Source: Lachnospiraceae bacterium (lineage in GTDB: Bacteria; Bacillota; Clostridia; Lachnospirales; Lachnospiraceae). From it: a stretch of DNA of 64,000 bases. How positions within the stretch are numbered: position 1 is the first letter of the stretch; the number at the start of each line of letters is the position of its first letter. Position numbers and translations under genes: made by a program. Below, in pieces: positions 1-10,268 of this stretch. A model generated the notes under the pieces. That model made no database searches. It saw only the letters and a list, made by a program, of their open reading frames with translations, and was not told where the DNA came from. The stretch spans positions 27,492-91,491 of the forward strand of contig JAZSEW010000026.1 in the NCBI GenBank assembly GCA_045531895.1. Reading direction: 5' to 3'.

Positions 1-1743
1 AATGATGTACCAATGTTACTTGTAGTAATGATTTGCGTATTGACTAATACCGCATGCAGTCTGGCGGGCTCTTATCTGCTCCGTCCGATTATCAACGATT
101 TGGGAACCAATGCGGCAGCTTATATGTCTGCGGCAACTCCGGCACTTGCAGATGAAGTGTTTGAAAAGGGCGTGTCTGCACTGCTTCAGGGACTTCTTAC
201 CATGGCAGTGGTATATATGTTCAGTGTGGTATGTTCCTATGCCCAGTCCCGCATTATGGTAACCATTTCCCAGCGGGCTATCCGAAACATGCGTAACGAT
301 TTGTTCGGCAAGATGCAGGAGCTTCCAATCCGTTACTTTGATACGAACAACCACGGCGATTTAATGAGCCGCTTTACCAATGATTTAGATGCCGTTGGTG
401 AAATGTTAAATAATACAATTCCACAGATTATTTCGGCAATGATTACATTGGTTGGAACCTTATGCCTGATGTTTTACACCAACTGGATTCTGGCGATTGT
501 AACAATTGTTACCGTACCGCTTCTTAGCAGTGCAGGTGTTATGATTGCAAAGCGCAGCCGGAATTTCTACTCCGAGCAGCAGGCGGCAATTGGTGCGGTA
601 AACGGTTATGTGGAAGAGGCGGGTACCGGTCAGAAGGTAATTAAGGTATTCTGCCACGAAGAAACTACGGTAGAAGAGTTTAATGAATTAAATGAAGATT
701 TAAAGAACAAGCAGATTCGTGCGGCGTTTGTAGGTGGTCTCATGGGACCGGTCATGGGTAATTTAAGTCAGGTGAGCTATTCCATCACTGCGTTGGTGGG
801 TGGTATTCTCTGTGCACTCGGAAGATTTGACGTAGGTGGTCTTACTATTTTTGTAAACTACTCTAAGCAGTTCTCCAGACCGATTAACGAAGTATCCATG
901 CAGATGCACACTGTATTTTCTGCTCTTGCCGGTGCAGAGCGCGTGTTTGGTATGATGGATCAGGAGCCGGAGCTTCCGGATGCAAAGGATGCGGCAGAGC
1001 CGGTGGCGCTTACCGGTAATGTGGTATTAAAGGATGTAACCTTTGGATATAATCCGGATAAGACGATATTAAAGAACATTTCCCTGTATGCAAAGCCGGG
1101 ACAGAAGATTGCTTTTGTTGGTTCTACCGGTGCGGGAAAAACAACTATTACGAACCTGATTAACCGCTTCTATGACATTCAGGAGGGTGAAATTACCATT
1201 GATGGTGTGGATATCCGTAATTACAAGCGGGATTTCTTACGTAAAAACATTGCCATGGTGTTACAGGATACCCACCTGTTTACAGGGACTGTGCGTGAAA
1301 ATATCCGTTACGGACGTCTGGATGCCACGGACGAAGAAGTGGAAGCAGCGGCAAAGGTGGCCAGTGCCCATTCCTTTATTATGCGTCTGGAACATGGCTA
1401 CGATACGATGTTAGAGGGGGACGGTGCCAACTTAAGTCAGGGTCAGCGCCAGCTCCTTAATATTGCCAGAGCAGCAATTTCCAAGGCTCCGATTCTGGTA
1501 CTGGATGAGGCAACCAGCTCCGTCGATACAAGAACCGAACGGCACATTGAGCATGGTATGGACCGCTTGATGAAGAACCGTACCACCTTTGTTATTGCCC
1601 ATCGTTTGTCTACGGTACGTAATGCCAATGCAATTATGGTACTGGAGCAGGGCGAAATTATTGAGCGCGGTACCCATGACGAATTATTAGAGCTTGGCGG
1701 AAGATATTATGAGCTTTATACAGGCTTGAAAGAACTGGATTAA
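1..1743 (+). CDS. ABC transporter, fused permease/ATP-binding subunit (multidrug-exporter type), 5' end cut by window edge
   Basis: The frame is open from base 1 (first ATG at 13). The N-terminal half is hydrophobic. The C-terminal half has Walker A GSTGAGKTT, signature LSQGQRQ, Walker B ILVLDEATS and H-loop AHRLST. Confidence 0.9.
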   Translation, partial: NDVPMLLVVMICVLTNTACSLAGSYLLRPIINDLGTNAAAYMSAATPALADEVFEKGVSALLQGLLTMAVVYMFSVVCSYAQSRIMVTISQRAIRNMRNDLFGKMQELPIRYFDTNNHGDLMSRFTNDLDAVGEMLNNTIPQIISAMITLVGTLCLMFYTNWILAIVTIVTVPLLSSAGVMIAKRSRNFYSEQQAAIGAVNGYVEEAGTGQKVIKVFCHEETTVEEFNELNEDLKNKQIRAAFVGGLMGPVMGNLSQVSYSITALVGGILCALGRFDVGGLTIFVNYSKQFSRPINEVSMQMHTVFSALAGAERVFGMMDQEPELPDAKDAAEPVALTGNVVLKDVTFGYNPDKTILKNISLYAKPGQKIAFVGSTGAGKTTITNLINRFYDIQEGEITIDGVDIRNYKRDFLRKNIAMVLQDTHLFTGTVRENIRYGRLDATDEEVEAAAKVASAHSFIMRLEHGYDTMLEGDGANLSQGQRQLLNIARAAISKAPILVLDEATSSVDTRTERHIEHGMDRLMKNRTTFVIAHRLSTVRNANAIMVLEQGEIIERGTHDELLELGGRYYELYTGLKELD

Positions 1744-1760
1744 ATGTGTTAAAATGGAAC

Positions 1761-1787
1761 AGGGCGGAGTTTTGTGCTCCGCCCTTT
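1761..1787 (+). terminator. Hairpin terminator after the ABC transporter
   Basis: agggcggag / ctccgccct, a 9-bp GC-rich stem with a 7-nt loop and a short T tail. Confidence 0.6.
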
Positions 1788-1817
1788 AGAATATGGTGAG
1801 ATAGGAGAAAAATTAAA

Positions 1818-2366
1818 ATGAGCAAGGTATATGTGTTTATGGCAGATGGTACAGAGGAAGTAGAGGCATTAACCGTAATTGATTTACTTCGTCGTGCCAA
1901 GGTGGATGTGGTAACCGTTTCCATCATGGAAAAGAAGCAGGTGATGACATCCCATAAAATCGGTGTAGAAGCAGATGAACTGTATGGGGAATCCGATTAC
2001 ATGGATGGTGACATGATTGTTTTGCCGGGCGGTATGCCGGGTACAACCCATTTAAAGAACCACGAAGCACTCCGCAAGGTGTTATTTGCTTACAAGGAAG
2101 CAGGCAAGTATCTGGCAGCGATTTGCGCGGCTCCATCCATTTACGGTTGGAACGGTATGCTGGAAGGCAAGAAAGCCATTTGCTATCCGGGCTTTGAAGA
2201 AGAGTTAAAGGGTGCCATAGTAACCAATGAAGGTGTGGTAACGGACGGACAGTTTATTACTTCTAAGGGTCTTGGTACCGCGATTGATTTTTCGCTGGAG
2301 CTGATTACGCTGTTAGTGAATGCGGAAACGGCAGAGAACATTGCGAAGGCAGTGCAGTATAAGTAA
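1818..2366 (+). CDS. DJ-1/PfpI family protein (ThiJ/YajL-like)
   Basis: 182 aa. It has the GGMPG motif and the nucleophile elbow AICAAP with the conserved Cys. An RBS (ataggagaaaa) lies upstream. Confidence 0.85.
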   Translation: MSKVYVFMADGTEEVEALTVIDLLRRAKVDVVTVSIMEKKQVMTSHKIGVEADELYGESDYMDGDMIVLPGGMPGTTHLKNHEALRKVLFAYKEAGKYLAAICAAPSIYGWNGMLEGKKAICYPGFEEELKGAIVTNEGVVTDGQFITSKGLGTAIDFSLELITLLVNAETAENIAKAVQYK

Positions 2367-2378
2367 ATCGAATAAAAC

Positions 2379-2766
2379 TTGGAAAATGCTCTTGAAAGGT
2401 GCTTGGTGTGCTTTTGGGAGCATTTTGAAAAATACACGATCTCGGATATAATTGCTTGTATAGAAGGCGAACCGGAGGTGGCGACTTCTTCGGTGCATTA
2501 CGGTACTTATACACATGAACTGGAAGGTTTGCCAACGGAAGTAACGGAAAATGAAGCTCAAAGGGTTACTTATGATATCCGGTTTCGGGTCAGGGTGCCG
2601 GGACACTTTATCTGAGGGTATCTTAGTTGGAAGAAGCGAGGGCATGCTGGCAAATCTTCATGCGATTATGGTTAACTTAAATTTTACAGCGGAAAAAGCT
2701 ATGGATGCATTAAATGTGCCGCAAGAGGAGCGGGCACGGTATGCGGCGAAACTGAATAAATGCTAA
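2379..2766 (+). pseudogene. Decayed remnant of an Rpn-family (PD-(D/E)XK) recombination-promoting nuclease/putative transposase, C-terminal tail
   Basis: Two short ORFs in different frames (2379-2615 and 2551-2766). The second ends EGILVGRSEGMLANLHAIMVNLNFTAEKAMDALNVPQEERARYAAKL. This resembles the repetitive EG.. plus 'T.EQAMDAL.IP...R..Y' tail I associate with Rpn/PD-(D/E)XK transposase-like proteins of Clostridia. No nuclease core is present. Confidence 0.35.
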
Positions 2767-2838
2767 TAAGCAGAAGAATACCAACAGGTTTAAATACTAT
2801 ATGAATGAAAGTTAAAAGCGAAAAAACTGAAGAAGTTA

Positions 2839-4143
2839 TTAAGGCTTCTCCAGTTTTTTTCTTAATAAAAATAAACTAACCACATTAGTAATAAACATCA
2901 ATGCATTAAAGAAATCGTTTAGCTCCCATACCAGGCTCATCGTCATCTGGGAGCCTGCAAAAACCATAAGACAATACAGAAAGCGGTAGGTTTTTATCTG
3001 GCTTGCGCCAAATAAGAATTCTGCCGCTTTTTCGCCGAAAAAAGACCAGCCGAGCAAGGTGGCGATGGCGAATAAAACGATGGCGATACCTAATATCTTA
3101 TCTCCTGCAAAAGGAAGCAGGGAAAAGGCCGCCAGAGTGTAGTCTCCGGCAGTGTATGCTTTAAAGAGCTCCGGTACTGCCAGCCCGGCAGAGACAATAA
3201 CCAGACCGGTAATACCGCACATAACGACGGTGTCCCAAAAAGTGGCACTCATCAGCACCAAAGCCTGTTCTTTTGGATTACCACTGCTGTTTGCTGCGGC
3301 AACAGGGGCGGAGCCAAGACCGGCTTCGTTGGTAAAAAGTCCTCTGGCGATGCCATGCCTTGCAGAAAGGAGGAAAGAACTGCCAAGCAATCCGCCGGAA
3401 ACCGAAGAAAAGGAAAATGCGGAGGATAGGATTAGTCCAATGGCATCTGCCAGATACTCTATATGAAAAAATAACAGAAGAAGGCAGGAAAGCAGATAAA
3501 ATCCCCCCATGACCGGAACCAGGCAGGTACAGACCGTACTGATTCCGGAGAAACCGCCGAGTAAAACAAAGGTGATAACAGCGGCAATGCAAAAGCCTGC
3601 TATGGGAACCGGCAAATCAAACAGAGTATGCAAGGTTTCTGTTGCTGCTCTGCTTTGTGTGGAACATCCCACACAGAATGCTGAAACCAGAAGAAGGTAA
3701 GCATACAGCCGGGCTGTTTTTGGTGCATGAAGCTGGTCTCTCAGCAAGTACATGGGGCCTCCGCAGAAGCTTCCGTCGGCACGCTTTGTTCTGAACTTAA
3801 GGCTCAAAAAACATTCGGAATAAGAAGTTGCCATCCCAAGTACTCCGGTAATCCAGCACCAGAATACAGCTCCGGGACCACCTAAGGCAATTGCTGTGGA
3901 AAGTCCGATAATGTTACCGGTTCCAAGGGTTGCGGCAAGGGTTGTGGCAAGAGAGGTAAAGGCACTAAAACCGCCTTCTTTTTTTTCTCCGGAAACGGAA
4001 AGACGTAGGGCGGTTGAAAGCTTTTTTTGCACACATCCGGTATGTTTTGTTATATAAATATGGGTAAATAAAAGAAAGAAAAGCAGGGGACCATTCCATA
4101 AGAAGCTGTTTGCTGTTTGTAAAAAAGTGAAAAATCCGGACAT
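2839..4143 (-). CDS. Alanine/glycine:cation symporter (AGCS family)
   Basis: 434-aa polytopic protein. The motif LGGPGAVFWCWITGVLGMATSYSECFLS and overall layout are typical of sodium:alanine symporters. Confidence 0.85.
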   Translation of the reverse strand: MSGFFTFLQTANSFLWNGPLLFFLLFTHIYITKHTGCVQKKLSTALRLSVSGEKKEGGFSAFTSLATTLAATLGTGNIIGLSTAIALGGPGAVFWCWITGVLGMATSYSECFLSLKFRTKRADGSFCGGPMYLLRDQLHAPKTARLYAYLLLVSAFCVGCSTQSRAATETLHTLFDLPVPIAGFCIAAVITFVLLGGFSGISTVCTCLVPVMGGFYLLSCLLLLFFHIEYLADAIGLILSSAFSFSSVSGGLLGSSFLLSARHGIARGLFTNEAGLGSAPVAAANSSGNPKEQALVLMSATFWDTVVMCGITGLVIVSAGLAVPELFKAYTAGDYTLAAFSLLPFAGDKILGIAIVLFAIATLLGWSFFGEKAAEFLFGASQIKTYRFLYCLMVFAGSQMTMSLVWELNDFFNALMFITNVVSLFLLRKKLEKP

Positions 4144-4330
4144 GGTTGCCTCCTGCTGTTGATATTATATGGTATGAATGTTATATCCGATGTATGAGTG
4201 AGACTTTAAGTTCGATACACGACAAAAGTAGAATAAATATTTTGCGCGCTTTTTAAAAATGTGCTTGTATAAAAAGTTAAATTGTGTTATGATTTTCTTG
4301 AATTGCGAATGTTTTACGATGGAGAAGGTT

Positions 4331-5422
4331 ATGGGAAAAAAACACAGAGAAAAAACAAATGCAATATTTGGAGTTTTAAATATGAAACGCTGTTTAAATG
4401 CAGCGCTTGTTTCGGTTGCTTTTTTTCCGGTCCTTTTAATATTTTCTTTTGCAGAGCCTGAACTGGCACATAACTATATGATTCCGGGAGCGTTCTTTTC
4501 AGCAGGCTCCGGAGCATTTGCTTTTTTACTTCATCAGATAATCAGAAATAAAGCAAAGCAGTATTATGAAGCTGCTGTCTGGGCATATCTTACGGCATCC
4601 CATTTGTTTTTTGTATATATGGCACAGGAGAATATTGTGTTTTATTATGCTGCAGTTGTGCTTGCGGCATATACGGTATTTCTGTCTATGGACCGGTATG
4701 TGATTATGGCGGCAGGAGAACTGGTATGCTATGCGGCTGTTGTGGTAAAAAGCGGAGCAGAAGAACTGCCGATGGGACAATTGTTATTCCTTACCGGAGT
4801 TCATCTGTTTGCATTTTTTATGTCCAGAGACTTTTACACGACAAAGAAGAACTACATCGCAGAGGAAAAGAAATTCCGCAGAGAAATGCAGGAAGCAGAG
4901 CATGACCCATTAACCGGGCTGATTAACCGTCGAGGTCTGGAACGTCGTGTCAATGAAAGCTGGCAGGCAAGTATTAATCGTCAGGAAACGGTGGCGGCTT
5001 TTGTTATGGATATTGATTTATTTAAGTCCTATAACGATTGTTTCGGTCATGTCCAGGGGGATGTCTGCATTAAGCGTGTGGCACACTCCATTGCGCAGAC
5101 TGTTCGTGGGCATGGTATTGCAGCGCGAATCGGCGGTGAGGAATTTTTAGTGTTTGTCCGTGGAAAAAATGTAGATGAAATGTATGACCTGGCAGAACAA
5201 ATCAGGGCTGATGTAGAATGTATGGGCATTTCCAGAGGTCGCAGCGGTGCCGGTGTAATTACCATAAGTATAGGTATGGATATTCGATATGCCACAGCAG
5301 ATGTAACATTACAGGGATTATATGGAAGAGCCGATCAGGCATTGTATCAGGCAAAACAGGATGGAAGAAATTGTGTCAGAAGTACTCAGATGATGAGAGA
5401 GCGCCATTCCAGAATCGGTTAA
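4331..5422 (+). CDS. Membrane-anchored diguanylate cyclase (GGDEF domain, GGEEF active site)
   Basis: The N-terminal ~190 aa contain several TM helices. The C-terminal part reads DPLTGLINRRG...MDIDLFKSYNDCFGH..GD...RIGGEEFLVF...SIG...ADQALYQAKQDGRN. The start is chosen at the ATG 6 nt after GGAG (4321-4324); the ORF is open from 4259. Confidence 0.85.
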   Translation: MGKKHREKTNAIFGVLNMKRCLNAALVSVAFFPVLLIFSFAEPELAHNYMIPGAFFSAGSGAFAFLLHQIIRNKAKQYYEAAVWAYLTASHLFFVYMAQENIVFYYAAVVLAAYTVFLSMDRYVIMAAGELVCYAAVVVKSGAEELPMGQLLFLTGVHLFAFFMSRDFYTTKKNYIAEEKKFRREMQEAEHDPLTGLINRRGLERRVNESWQASINRQETVAAFVMDIDLFKSYNDCFGHVQGDVCIKRVAHSIAQTVRGHGIAARIGGEEFLVFVRGKNVDEMYDLAEQIRADVECMGISRGRSGAGVITISIGMDIRYATADVTLQGLYGRADQALYQAKQDGRNCVRSTQMMRERHSRIG

Positions 5423-5448
5423 TCAATATAGAAAATCAGGAGGATAAT

Positions 5449-6789
5449 ATGGGTAAGTATTTCGGAACAGACGGTTTTCGTGGTGAAGCAAACGAAGACT
5501 TAACAGTAGAGCATGCATATAAAGTAGGACGGTATCTTGGCTGGTATTACGGTCAGGAACACAAGGCGAAGGTAGTCATCGGTAAAGATACCCGCCGTTC
5601 CAGTTATATGTTTGAGTATGCATTGGTAGCAGGTTTGACAGCCAGCGGCGCAGATGCATATCTGTTACATGTAACCACAACTCCAAGTGTATCTTATGTA
5701 GTAAAAAGTGAGGATTTTGACTGTGGCATCATGATTACAGCCAGTCATAATCCTTTTTATGATAACGGAATTAAAATTATTAACAGTTATGGTTATAAGG
5801 TGGAGGCTGAGGTAGAGGATAAGGTGGAAGCCTACATTGACGGAAAAATCGAAGAACTTCCTCTCGCTAAGAAAGAAAATATCGGTCGTACAGTTGACTA
5901 TGCCATGGGCAGACACCGCTATATCGGACATCTGATTTCCATTGCAACCAGAGCTTTTAAGGATATCAAGGTGGGGCTTGATTTGGCGAATGGTTCTGCA
6001 ACTACGGTAGCAAAGGGAGTTTTTGATGCTCTTGGTGCGAAAACATACGTTATGAGTAATGAACCAAATGGTTTTAACATTAATACCGATTGCGGTTCCA
6101 CCCATATCGAACATCTTCAGAAGTTTGTGGTAGATAACGGTCTTGCTGTCGGATTTGCCTATGATGGTGATGCAGATCGTTGTCTTGCAGTAGATGAAAA
6201 GGGCAATATTGTAGACGGTGACCAGATTATGTATCTTTGCGGGTTATATATGAAGGAACGGGGCGAGCTGAACAACAATACGGTTGTTACTACCGTCATG
6301 TCCAATATGGGCTTATATAAGGCATTGGATGCAGCCGGTATTGCTTATGAACAGACTGCGGTTGGTGACAAATATGTATTCGAAAATATGCAGAAAAATA
6401 ATCACTCTTTAGGTGGTGAAAATTCCGGTCATATTATTTTCAGTAAGCATGCCATGACCGGTGACGGTATTCTGACGTCCTTAAAGATTATGGAAGTAAT
6501 GTTAGAGAAGAAGCAGCCATTGTCTGAACTGTTAAAGGATATGAAGATTTATCCACAGGTGTTAAAGAATGTCCGTGTTCGTGATAAAAAAGAAGCCAGA
6601 GAGGATATGGAAGTGCAGGCGGCAGTTAAGGCAGGAGAGGCAAAGCTTGCCGGGGATGGCAGAATTCTTCTTCGTGAGAGCGGTACCGAGCCTGTGATTC
6701 GTGTAATGGCAGAAGCAGGAACCATGGAGCTTTGCAATGAAGTGGTAGATGACATTGTTGATGTTCTTAAGAAATTTAAGGTAGAATAA
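5449..6789 (+). CDS. glmM: Phosphoglucosamine mutase
   Basis: N-terminus MGKYFGTDGFRGEAN, phosphoserine loop TASHNP, and Mg site DGDADR. An RBS (aggagga) precedes the ATG at 5449. The upstream part of ORF 5218-6789 overlaps the previous gene and is not used. Confidence 0.95.
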   Translation: MGKYFGTDGFRGEANEDLTVEHAYKVGRYLGWYYGQEHKAKVVIGKDTRRSSYMFEYALVAGLTASGADAYLLHVTTTPSVSYVVKSEDFDCGIMITASHNPFYDNGIKIINSYGYKVEAEVEDKVEAYIDGKIEELPLAKKENIGRTVDYAMGRHRYIGHLISIATRAFKDIKVGLDLANGSATTVAKGVFDALGAKTYVMSNEPNGFNINTDCGSTHIEHLQKFVVDNGLAVGFAYDGDADRCLAVDEKGNIVDGDQIMYLCGLYMKERGELNNNTVVTTVMSNMGLYKALDAAGIAYEQTAVGDKYVFENMQKNNHSLGGENSGHIIFSKHAMTGDGILTSLKIMEVMLEKKQPLSELLKDMKIYPQVLKNVRVRDKKEAREDMEVQAAVKAGEAKLAGDGRILLRESGTEPVIRVMAEAGTMELCNEVVDDIVDVLKKFKVE

Positions 6790-6930
6790 GATGGAACAAA
6801 AGGAGGCCTGTTCTAAATTATCAAAAAAAATACTGGTAATTTGGAAAAAGGTATGATATACTAATCGGTATTGTGGGTAGGTAGGCGTAAAGGTGATACC
6901 TACCAAGAGGTTTAAGGAGGAAATTTTTTA

Positions 6931-8217
6931 ATGAGCTGTAAAGTAGAGAATTTAGAAAAGAACATGGCTAAGCTTACTATCGAAGTAAGTGCAGAAGAAT
7001 TTGAGAAGGCTTGCGAAAAGGCATATCAGAAGAATAAGAATAAGATTAACGTACAGGGCTTCCGCAAAGGTAAAGCTCCAAGAAATGTAATTGAAAAAAT
7101 GTACGGTGCAGGTGTATTTTTTGAAGATGCTGCAAATGAGTTAATTCCTGACGCATATGCCGAGGCTGCAAAGGAAAGCGGTCTTGACATCGTTTCCAGA
7201 CCGGAAATTGATGTTGTACAGATTGAAAAGGGTAAGGATTTCATCTTCACAGCAGAAGTTGCAGTAAAGCCTGAAGTTACTCTTGGTGCATACAAGGGCA
7301 TTGAAGTAGAAAAGGTTGCTGTAGAAGTAACTGAGGAAGAAGTAGCTGCAGAGTTAAACAGAGTTCGTGAGCAGAATTCCAGAATGATTACAGTAGATGA
7401 CAGAGCAATCGCTAGTGGCGACCTTGCTAACATTGATTATGAAGGTTTCTGTGACGGTGTACCATTTGCAGGCGGTAAGGATTCCGGCTATGATTTAGCA
7501 ATCGGCTCCCATTCCTTCATTGATACTTTTGAAGACCAGTTAATCGGCAAGAATATTGGCGATGAAGTAGAAGTAAATGTAACTTTCCCGGCAGAATATC
7601 ATGCTGCGGAATTAGCAGGAAAGCCGGCAATGTTCAAAGTTAAGGTAAACGGCATTAAAGTAAAGGAACTTCCTGAGTTAGACGATGATTTTGCGCAGGA
7701 TGTATCTGAATTTGATACTTTAGATGAATACAAAAACGACTTAAAGGCAACAATTCTGGAAAGAAAAGAAAAAGAAGCTAAGTCCGTAAAGGAAGAGGCG
7801 GTTATCGATAAAATTATCGAGGGTGCTACCATGGAAATTCCTGAGCCGATGATTGATAACACTGTTCGTCAGATGGCAGATGATTTTGCACAGAGAATTC
7901 AGGCGCAGGGTCTTTCTATTGAGCAGTACTTCCAGTTCACAGGCATGAATGCAAACACATTTATGGAGAACTTAAAGCCACAGGCACTTAAGAGAATCCA
8001 GAGCAGACTTGTATTAGAGGCTGTTGTTAAGGTTGAGAATATTACAGCATCTGAAGAAGACGTAAACAAAGAAATTACAAATATGGCAGAAATGTACCAG
8101 ATGGAAGTTGATAAGTTAATGGAACTTGTTGGCGAAGAGGAAAAGAAGGCGATGGCAGAGGATGTTGCTGTTCAGAAGGCTCTTGACTTCGTAATGGCTG
8201 CTGCTGTTGAAAAGTAA
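6931..8217 (+). CDS. tig: Trigger factor (ribosome-associated PPIase chaperone)
   Basis: 428 aa with the ribosome-binding signature GFRKGKAP and a central FKBP-like segment. The position upstream of clpP-clpX is classic. Confidence 0.95.
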   Translation: MSCKVENLEKNMAKLTIEVSAEEFEKACEKAYQKNKNKINVQGFRKGKAPRNVIEKMYGAGVFFEDAANELIPDAYAEAAKESGLDIVSRPEIDVVQIEKGKDFIFTAEVAVKPEVTLGAYKGIEVEKVAVEVTEEEVAAELNRVREQNSRMITVDDRAIASGDLANIDYEGFCDGVPFAGGKDSGYDLAIGSHSFIDTFEDQLIGKNIGDEVEVNVTFPAEYHAAELAGKPAMFKVKVNGIKVKELPELDDDFAQDVSEFDTLDEYKNDLKATILERKEKEAKSVKEEAVIDKIIEGATMEIPEPMIDNTVRQMADDFAQRIQAQGLSIEQYFQFTGMNANTFMENLKPQALKRIQSRLVLEAVVKVENITASEEDVNKEITNMAEMYQMEVDKLMELVGEEEKKAMAEDVAVQKALDFVMAAAVEK

Positions 8218-8303
8218 TATATAAGTTGAAATAAAGTAATCTGCCCGCTTTTTTGTGGGCAGATACTTTGCTATGTAAAAGTGAGAAAACAGGGAGGCTT
8301 AAC

Positions 8304-8888
8304 ATGAGTTTTGTACCTTATGTTGTGGAACAGACCAGTAAGGGAGAACGTTCCTACGATATTTACTCCAGATTATTAAAAGACAGAATCATTTTTCTTG
8401 GTGATGAAGTAAATGACACTACAGCAAGTCTTGTAGTTGCCCAGTTGTTGTTTTTAGAGGCAGAAGATCCAAAGAAGGATATTCATCTTTACATCAACAG
8501 CCCGGGGGGGTCCGTAACCGCAGGTATGGCAATTTATGATACCATGCAGTTTATTAAGTGTGATGTATCTACCATTTGTATCGGTATGGCAGCCAGCATG
8601 GGTGCTTTCCTGCTTGCAGGCGGTGCAAAGGGTAAGAGAATGATTCTTCCGAATTCTGAGGTAATGATTCACCAGCCATCCGGCGGTGCAAGAGGTCAGG
8701 AAACAGAAATCCGTATTGCGGCGGAGAATATTTTAAGAACAAGAAAGAAATTAAACGAGATTCTTGCAGCAAATACCGGTAAGCCGGTAGAGGTAATTGC
8801 TGCTGATACTGAGCGTGACAACTACATGACCGCAGAACAGGCTTTGGAATATGGTCTTGTAGATGTAATTGTCAAAGAGAGAGCATAA
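8304..8888 (+). CDS. clpP: ATP-dependent Clp protease proteolytic subunit
   Basis: [19 protein letters not shown]-terminus, catalytic Ser in GMAASMGAF, and His in MIHQP. An RBS (gggagg) lies before the ATG at 8304. Confidence 0.95.
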   Translation: MSFVPYVVEQTSKGERSYDIYSRLLKDRIIFLGDEVNDTTASLVVAQLLFLEAEDPKKDIHLYINSPGGSVTAGMAIYDTMQFIKCDVSTICIGMAASMGAFLLAGGAKGKRMILPNSEVMIHQPSGGARGQETEIRIAAENILRTRKKLNEILAANTGKPVEVIAADTERDNYMTAEQALEYGLVDVIVKERA

Positions 8889-8912
8889 GCAAGGGCTGAC
8901 GGAGGTAGATTA

Positions 8913-10181
8913 ATGGCAAAATCAGATGATAAGAATATGGTTTGCTGTTCCTTTTGCGGAAAGCGTCAGGACCAGGTACACAGAATGCTTGCCGGCATGA
9001 ACGGTGCATTTATTTGTGATGCCTGTGTAGATCTCTGTTCCGAAATCATGGAAGAAGAGGAAGAAGATGCAGCCGCGCCTGCGGAGTATGCGGGAGAGCA
9101 GGGAATCAATCTGTTAAAGCCGAAGGAAATCAAAGAATTCCTTGACCAGTATGTTATTGGTCAGGAAGAAGCAAAGAAGGTGCTTTCGGTTGCCGTTTAC
9201 AATCACTATAAGAGAGTATTGTCTTCCGAAGAATCTGAAGTGGAGCTTCAGAAGAGTAATATTTTAATGATAGGTCCGACCGGTTCCGGTAAAACCTATC
9301 TTGCACAGACATTAGCCAAGCTTTTGAATGTTGCGTTTGCAATTGCAGACGCAACAGCCTTAACAGAGGCAGGTTATGTTGGTGAAGATGTAGAAAATAT
9401 TCTGTTAAAGATTATTCAGGCTGCCGACTTTAATATTGAACGCGCAGAATTTGGTATTATCTACATCGATGAAATCGATAAAATTACAAGAAAATCCGAA
9501 AATACATCCATTACAAGAGATGTTTCCGGCGAAGGTGTACAGCAGGCATTGTTAAAGATTCTGGAGGGAACGGTAGCTTCTGTTCCGCCACAGGGTGGCA
9601 GAAAACATCCGCATCAGGAATTCATTCAGATTGATACCACTAATATTCTCTTTATCTGTGGTGGCGCTTTTGACGGTCTGGAACGAATTGTGGAAAACAG
9701 AATCGGAGAAAAGGCAATGGGCTTCTCGGCAAAATTGTATGAGAAAGAAGACAAAAATATCGGCGAGTTATTCCGTCAGGTAATGCCTCAGGATTTGGTA
9801 AAGTTTGGGTTGATTCCTGAATTTATCGGACGTGTTCCGGTACATGTGGCATTGGATATGTTAGATGAGGATGCCCTTATCAGTATCCTGCGCGATCCAA
9901 AGAATGCCCTGACCAAGCAGTATCAGAAGCTGTTTGAGTTAGATGGCGTGGAGTTGGAATTCGAAGAGGATGCGCTCAGGGTATTTGCAAAACGAGCCTT
10001 GGAGTATAAGACAGGTGCACGTGGTCTTCGTTCTATAATGGAAAAGACACTTCTTGAAACAATGTATCAGATGCCTTCCGATGAAACGATTTTAAAGTGT
10101 ATCGTGACAAAGGAGTCAGCTGAAGGCTCTGAACAGCCTAGTCTTCTGGTCTCCGGTGGCGGACAGAAGCACGGCAGATAA
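8913..10181 (+). CDS. clpX: ATP-dependent Clp protease ATP-binding subunit ClpX
   Basis: N-terminal C4 zinc finger (CSFCGK...CDAC), Walker A GPTGSGKT and Walker [10 protein letters not shown]. Confidence 0.95.
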   Translation: MAKSDDKNMVCCSFCGKRQDQVHRMLAGMNGAFICDACVDLCSEIMEEEEEDAAAPAEYAGEQGINLLKPKEIKEFLDQYVIGQEEAKKVLSVAVYNHYKRVLSSEESEVELQKSNILMIGPTGSGKTYLAQTLAKLLNVAFAIADATALTEAGYVGEDVENILLKIIQAADFNIERAEFGIIYIDEIDKITRKSENTSITRDVSGEGVQQALLKILEGTVASVPPQGGRKHPHQEFIQIDTTNILFICGGAFDGLERIVENRIGEKAMGFSAKLYEKEDKNIGELFRQVMPQDLVKFGLIPEFIGRVPVHVALDMLDEDALISILRDPKNALTKQYQKLFELDGVELEFEEDALRVFAKRALEYKTGARGLRSIMEKTLLETMYQMPSDETILKCIVTKESAEGSEQPSLLVSGGGQKHGR

Positions 10182-10204
10182 GAAGAGTAAGAAAATAATG
10201 TGTA

Positions 10205-10252
10205 AAGCAGGCTGACAGAAAATTCCGTGGAATGATGTCGGCCTGCTTTTTT
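10205..10252 (+). terminator. Rho-independent terminator after clpX
   Basis: aagcaggctgaca ... tgtcggcctgctt followed by tttttt. Confidence 0.75.
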
Positions 10253-10268
10253 AGAGAGGAAGAATGCA

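Noticed and set aside
5218-5448. Long N-terminal extension of the glmM ORF overlapping the end of the GGDEF gene
   Set aside because: The canonical GlmM N-terminus (MGKYFGTDGFRG) with a strong RBS starts at 5449. The extension is an out-of-frame overlap with a well-supported gene.
8239-8264. Hairpin atctgccc/gggcagat between tig and clpP as a terminator
   Set aside because: The T-run lies in the loop rather than after the stem, so it is not a canonical intrinsic terminator. It may modulate read-through, but I cannot support a call.
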